NCBI GenBank assembly: GCA_002633005.1
Contig: NMRA01000551.1
Coordinates: forward strand, 1 to 64,000
Source of the DNA: Phoronis australis
Lineage: Eukaryota > Animalia > Phoronida
Direction: 5' to 3'
DNA: 64,000 nucleotides
The notes beneath the pieces were generated by a model that did not search any database, was not told where the DNA came from, and was given only the letters and a program-made list of their open reading frames with translations. The position numbers were made by a program, and so were the translations under genes. Of this stretch, positions 61,494-64,000 are shown piece after piece. Every line of letters starts with the position of its first letter. The first letter of the stretch is position 1.

Positions 61494-64000
61494 GTTTCAC
61501 AGATAGTAGATACGTTTGTAGACCAGTTCTCTCATGCCGGATACAGCATGTCACTGCTGTCTACCACGGGGTTTTAGTAATAAATGGAAATTAATATGGC
61601 GCACCTGACCGATAATAGTGGAGCTAATCTGAAAGTCATATCACTGATAGGAAAGGACAGGTGTATTTAAAACAACAGCAGTGATTTAGGAGCACTGAAC
61701 AATTAATATCTTTATTCAAAGAGCAAAATGATGTCTCCAATTAATTGAAAAGTATGTTTGCTAAAAGCATCAATATTAGGGCTTATCGTATCATAATAAT
61801 ACGAAAGATACATATTTTGGTGTGTATAGAACACAGGAACATCAATGTGGCAAATCGAGACCGTTTTTGACGTCATTTTAGACATTTTGTAAGTAGAAAA
61901 TGCTCTTTGTCAACATTTACACGCGGATCTCTGAATTCATTGTTTGAATCCTTAACGTGGCGCTTTGTTATTCACGCTTTGTTATTCAATTGACTTATCT
62001 TAATGCCAAAATGATAACAATCATGATTGTTATTGTTTAATCTCGATCCGTGGTGATCTATGTGACATAACAATATGATATTATCTCTGAGTCAACAGGG
62101 AGGTCTGATCTCTTCATAAGATTCTTGCAACTGAAAATCCATTTATCATTTATGTAACACCGCAAGACAGGTACAGTCCACAACACAAGAATTTTTAGAC
62201 TTGTTTGTGGTGTACCTTAAAAAGTTGGCAACCTATTGTTTAACCATTTATTACTTTTACAGCCATACGCTCTTTCGCAGCGCCCTCATGTGGCCATGAG
62301 TGACGGAACCAAGGCATGAGATTACGGATAGTGAATTTCCTTGTTTAGTATATTGCGGAACTACTACTACAAAAAAAAAAACAATCGCCGTTTTTGAAAA
62401 GGCTGTCGACACTCAGAATTGTTATCATGCAAAGTGAACTGCGACCGAAATGAACATTACTTATTTGACTTTGTTGCAAACTGTTTAATCCTTAGGTGGC
62501 AGAAATCCCATGATTAAACTTCTCATTAGATTATTACCCTTAGTTCATGAGTAACAACTGGTAGAATTTCATTGTATGGAATCAACGATTAAGACTATAA
62601 TTCCGATATTATAACATTGCTTCAGATTTTATCTACACGTTGATTGTAATTATGAATTTTACTAAATTGAGAATTTCTTCAAGTTTGAGTCACGGTGTAC
62701 ATTTATTTCTTGTCTTACTTTTCTGTACAATAATTTCAAGTTTATCTGTTCCTTCTTCTGTTTTTCGTACGACATATCATTAATTAGCTAATAATTGATT
62801 GTCACGTTTCATGACGTGGACGTGTGGTTAGCTCTAACCGGTGCTAACAGCTTTCGGTGCGATGATACACTTCAGTGCCTTGTCTTTTAACTTTAACCCA
62901 TTCAACCTATAGAAATATTATTTCCAGTATTACAAAAATATTTTCAGTATTACATCTTTTTCATTGTTTATAGATATGCTCTATTCCAAGTCCGATTTGG
63001 GGAATTAGTCAAATTTCTGACGTTTATGTATAAACATGGTGACTAATACAATATATTGTGATATCAAGAACATCACAACGTTTTATAAGGCTCCTGCCAG
63101 TGTGGCTAGTTACGGCCCGAAAGTAGGTGTGAGTAAAATTTTGGTCACAAATGCGGGCCCATCCCTTATTGGTCGTCACATCTAACGAACTTTTTTCGCG
63201 CCCCCTTGGCACTTTAATGTACTGGGTATGTGTAGGCCTACCATTTTTTGTGTCCATAACTATGATGAATGATTAATCACACTCTGGTTTAGTGGTAATT
63301 TCTGCCGCCGAGTCTGTGGTAAGAGTCTCAGTATTACACAGTCAACAGAAATCCCAGAACGTGGTTTCCGTGAACGCTAATTTCAATCATCTTTTTCGTT
63401 AAGGGTGGCGCTTTTTGCCGGGTTTTCCGTCCACCTCGCTAAAACGAAACATATTGGTTGCCGAACTTGCCGGCCTCCAGTTCCCTGTCTGAGCCCGCCG
63501 GTAACCTGCTAAAGGCCAGCAACTGTCGATATCAATCTAGTCTATGCTCGAATTGTTTGAGATCAAATATTTTCGCTTGAAAGCGGTGCCTATCTGCAAA
63601 TGAAAAGTGAAAATATTTCAAGTCTGGATCGGCATATCTTTTCTGGGAAACTCTGAATGGTGAATAAATTTAACGCAGCGTCCTCTTTTGGGTATTATAA
63701 AAAACAAAGGAGCATCTATACCTAGAGAGCGAGTAAAATTCACACATATTTTAAGCTCATACAAAAGAATAAACTTAAAACTAACAATTTTTATTTTAAT
63801 TGATAATATTGATGTTTGATGTTATTTTAACTGAAAATCTAGTCTCATATAGTTCACATCAGCTCGTCATTTACTGCGTTCCTACAATTAGCGTGACGTC
63901 ACTTTTTTGACGATTCTTTATATTGTCGTTTCTGCTTTGGTTTGCGGCAAATATCTCGTGGTATATTGCCTCTACATCCAAAATGTTGATCACATTTAAA

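Noticed and set aside
1-64000. Prokaryotic or phage systems (operons, defence islands, retrons)
   Set aside because: Coding density is very low, introns are spliceosomal, and the protein domains and TE families are metazoan.

Overview
This window is eukaryotic, not prokaryotic. It is AT-rich, intron-containing and transposon-rich, with two scaffold gaps, and is most consistent with an invertebrate animal. I reconstructed two tandem paralogous minus-strand genes by hand from GT-AG junctions with consistent phases; both encode type I membrane lectins. Gene A (37235->23753, 8 exons, ~890 aa) reads signal peptide - CTLD(EPN/WND) - CTLD(EPS/WND) - 424-aa Thr/Pro mucin stalk - TM - short Tyr-poor tail. 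Gene B (61493->46005, 11 exons, ~816 aa) reads signal peptide - CCP/Sushi - CTLD(EPN/WND) - non-canonical CTLD - CCP - Ser/Thr stalk - TM - tail with 12 Tyr, including NPLY and an ITIM-like SEYDQV. A convergent two-exon plus-strand gene (12212-16263) encodes a ~111-aa single-pass membrane protein; the ORF track contains only its second exon. The rest is transposon debris: an internally deleted Academ element nested in a LINE tail, a Kolobok deletion derivative, further THAP relics, BEL/Pao, Gypsy, Penelope, RTE and CR1-group fragments, MITE families, minisatellites and two long hairpins. All gene models and family assignments come from manual reading and motif recognition and need confirmation by RNA-seq and profile searches.
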